Below, piece after piece: positions 62,561 to 64,000 of a stretch of 64,000 nucleotides of DNA. How positions within the stretch are numbered: the first letter of the stretch is position 1; every line of letters begins with the position of its first letter. Source of the stretch: Iphione sp. A-MEVVRFRX5 (lineage: Eukaryota). The DNA lies in the NCBI GenBank assembly GCA_976226885.1, contig OZ320321.1, forward strand, positions 44,764,001 through 44,828,000, given 5' to 3'. Under the pieces are notes generated by a model that saw only the letters and a list, made by a program, of their open reading frames with translations, was not told the DNA's origin and did no database searches. The translations under genes were made by a program, and so were the position numbers.

Positions 62561-64000
62561 CATAGGGTCTGAATTAGAAGGGGAAGAATTACAGATATAT
62601 ATATAGGCTACTTCACTTCATAATAAAGTCAACTTTTCTTCACGGCTGCAAAACTGCTGAATAACCATCTAATTCAAATGGCATATTGCTCCAGCAGCGG
62701 CTAATTAATCTGTATATATTCAAATACCAAATACCTCAATTGAAACAATATCTATTTTAATAATGCCATTGGAATTATGTAAATAATATCATAACAAAGT
62801 ACATACAAATATAAAAAAACATATTTAAGAATATTTATTTGAGTTTTCATTCTATATTCCTGATTAATTATCGAACTAACGTGTGTAAATAAGACTTGAG
62901 TTTCAATGCCAAATTCTTAGTAGAAACCTCTCTACAGCTGTAATTAATTTATAATCATTGGAGCAGTCCGGGATGTGTGGCTGATTTGTATTAGGAAGAG
63001 GAGATGGTGATGTTGTATACATGTCCAGAGAGAGAGAAACCGCTTTTGTGAGAACGCGTAGCCATGGCTCCTGCTCCCTTCGCCTTTTCCTTGAATGAAA
63101 CGGCTTAACTTTCAGCCGTTTCTTTGACCATTGTCCTGTACAAGAGAAAGAAGAAGACATCACTTAAACATGATAAACTATGTGTTAAGCAACAATTTCC
63201 AAGATACATTCTGAATAGGCATAACAATAGGTGGAGCTATGATTTAATATGAATAAATAATCACTTTACAGCCTTTATGCATTTAAATATGACCCTTACT
63301 CTAACCGTAACACTTACCCCAACCGTAACCCTAAACATTTCTCCTCACCGTACCTCTAAACCTATCTCATCAATAATGTTATATGTTGTGTACAACCCAT
63401 GCCGCAAGGGATTGCGTTCCTTACATATAGTTTCTACTGATGCCGTAGGCGGCGCTCGTGGCAAAGATCTAATTGTCCATGTATATGGTGTATATAGTAC
63501 CGCTATACCCCTGTGGTGTGGAAAGTGTCAGCCTAACTAACTCCCATATTGCCGCCCGTGGGCCCACTTTCATCTTACCTACTAATTACGCAAAAGTAGA
63601 AGCCAGGTCCAAATGAAGCCGATGCCTACAGGTGTGATTAGGCCAAGAAACATGACAACCGGTTTCTTGTCGCACGCACCGTTTCTTGTCATATGCAGAG
63701 ACAATTACGATCTCGGCTGTTAGAAATTAATTCTACTACATTATATAAAACACACTCTGGAGGTACAGGAGCAACTCCTCAACGTGAGGCAGTGGATCTT
63801 GCGCCAGGGCGTCTGAAAGCATGCAAAACTCAGCGTTATATACGGGAATCCTTCGGTATCTAAAAGATTTTCATTGATACATAAATTATCATACCACAAA
63901 GGATGACTATTTCATAAAAGGTTTAGACAGTGGTAAGTAGGGAACATCCTCGTAGGGTCTCCAGGCTGATATAATCATGAAACGCATCTTTCCTTTTTCC

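Noticed and set aside
62903-63135. Strong acceptor (ttctttctcttgtacag) followed by a 77-codon open frame on the minus strand
   Set aside because: Could be the terminal exon of a gene outside the window, but there is no family motif or upstream exon to support it.

Overview
AT-rich metazoan genomic DNA with spliceosomal GT-AG introns and one 170-N assembly gap. A marine invertebrate such as a cephalochordate or lophotrochozoan is my guess, not something I can verify. Two host genes face tail-to-tail. The first is the last three coding exons of a long-chain acyl-CoA synthetase (+ strand, 1-3174). The second is a TMC7-like transmembrane channel (- strand), for which I reconstructed 17 phase-consistent coding exons at 17579-32689, plus a candidate 12-nt microexon and a candidate distal first exon at 50986-51037. 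The most striking element is an apparently intact 4.2-kb Ngaro-type tyrosine-recombinase retrotransposon (43741-47939) with gag, RT-RNaseH and YR ORFs, A1-ORFs-B1-A2-B2 split direct repeats and a 9-bp motif shared by both ends and the internal junction. Also present: piggyBac-, Tc1/mariner- and PIF/Harbinger-like MITEs (one nested), a decayed CR1-group LINE 3' end, a compact intronless RING-H2 pseudogene (62189-62560), and a strong excess of the palindrome TACATGTA. All coordinates and translations were read by eye; no database searches were run.
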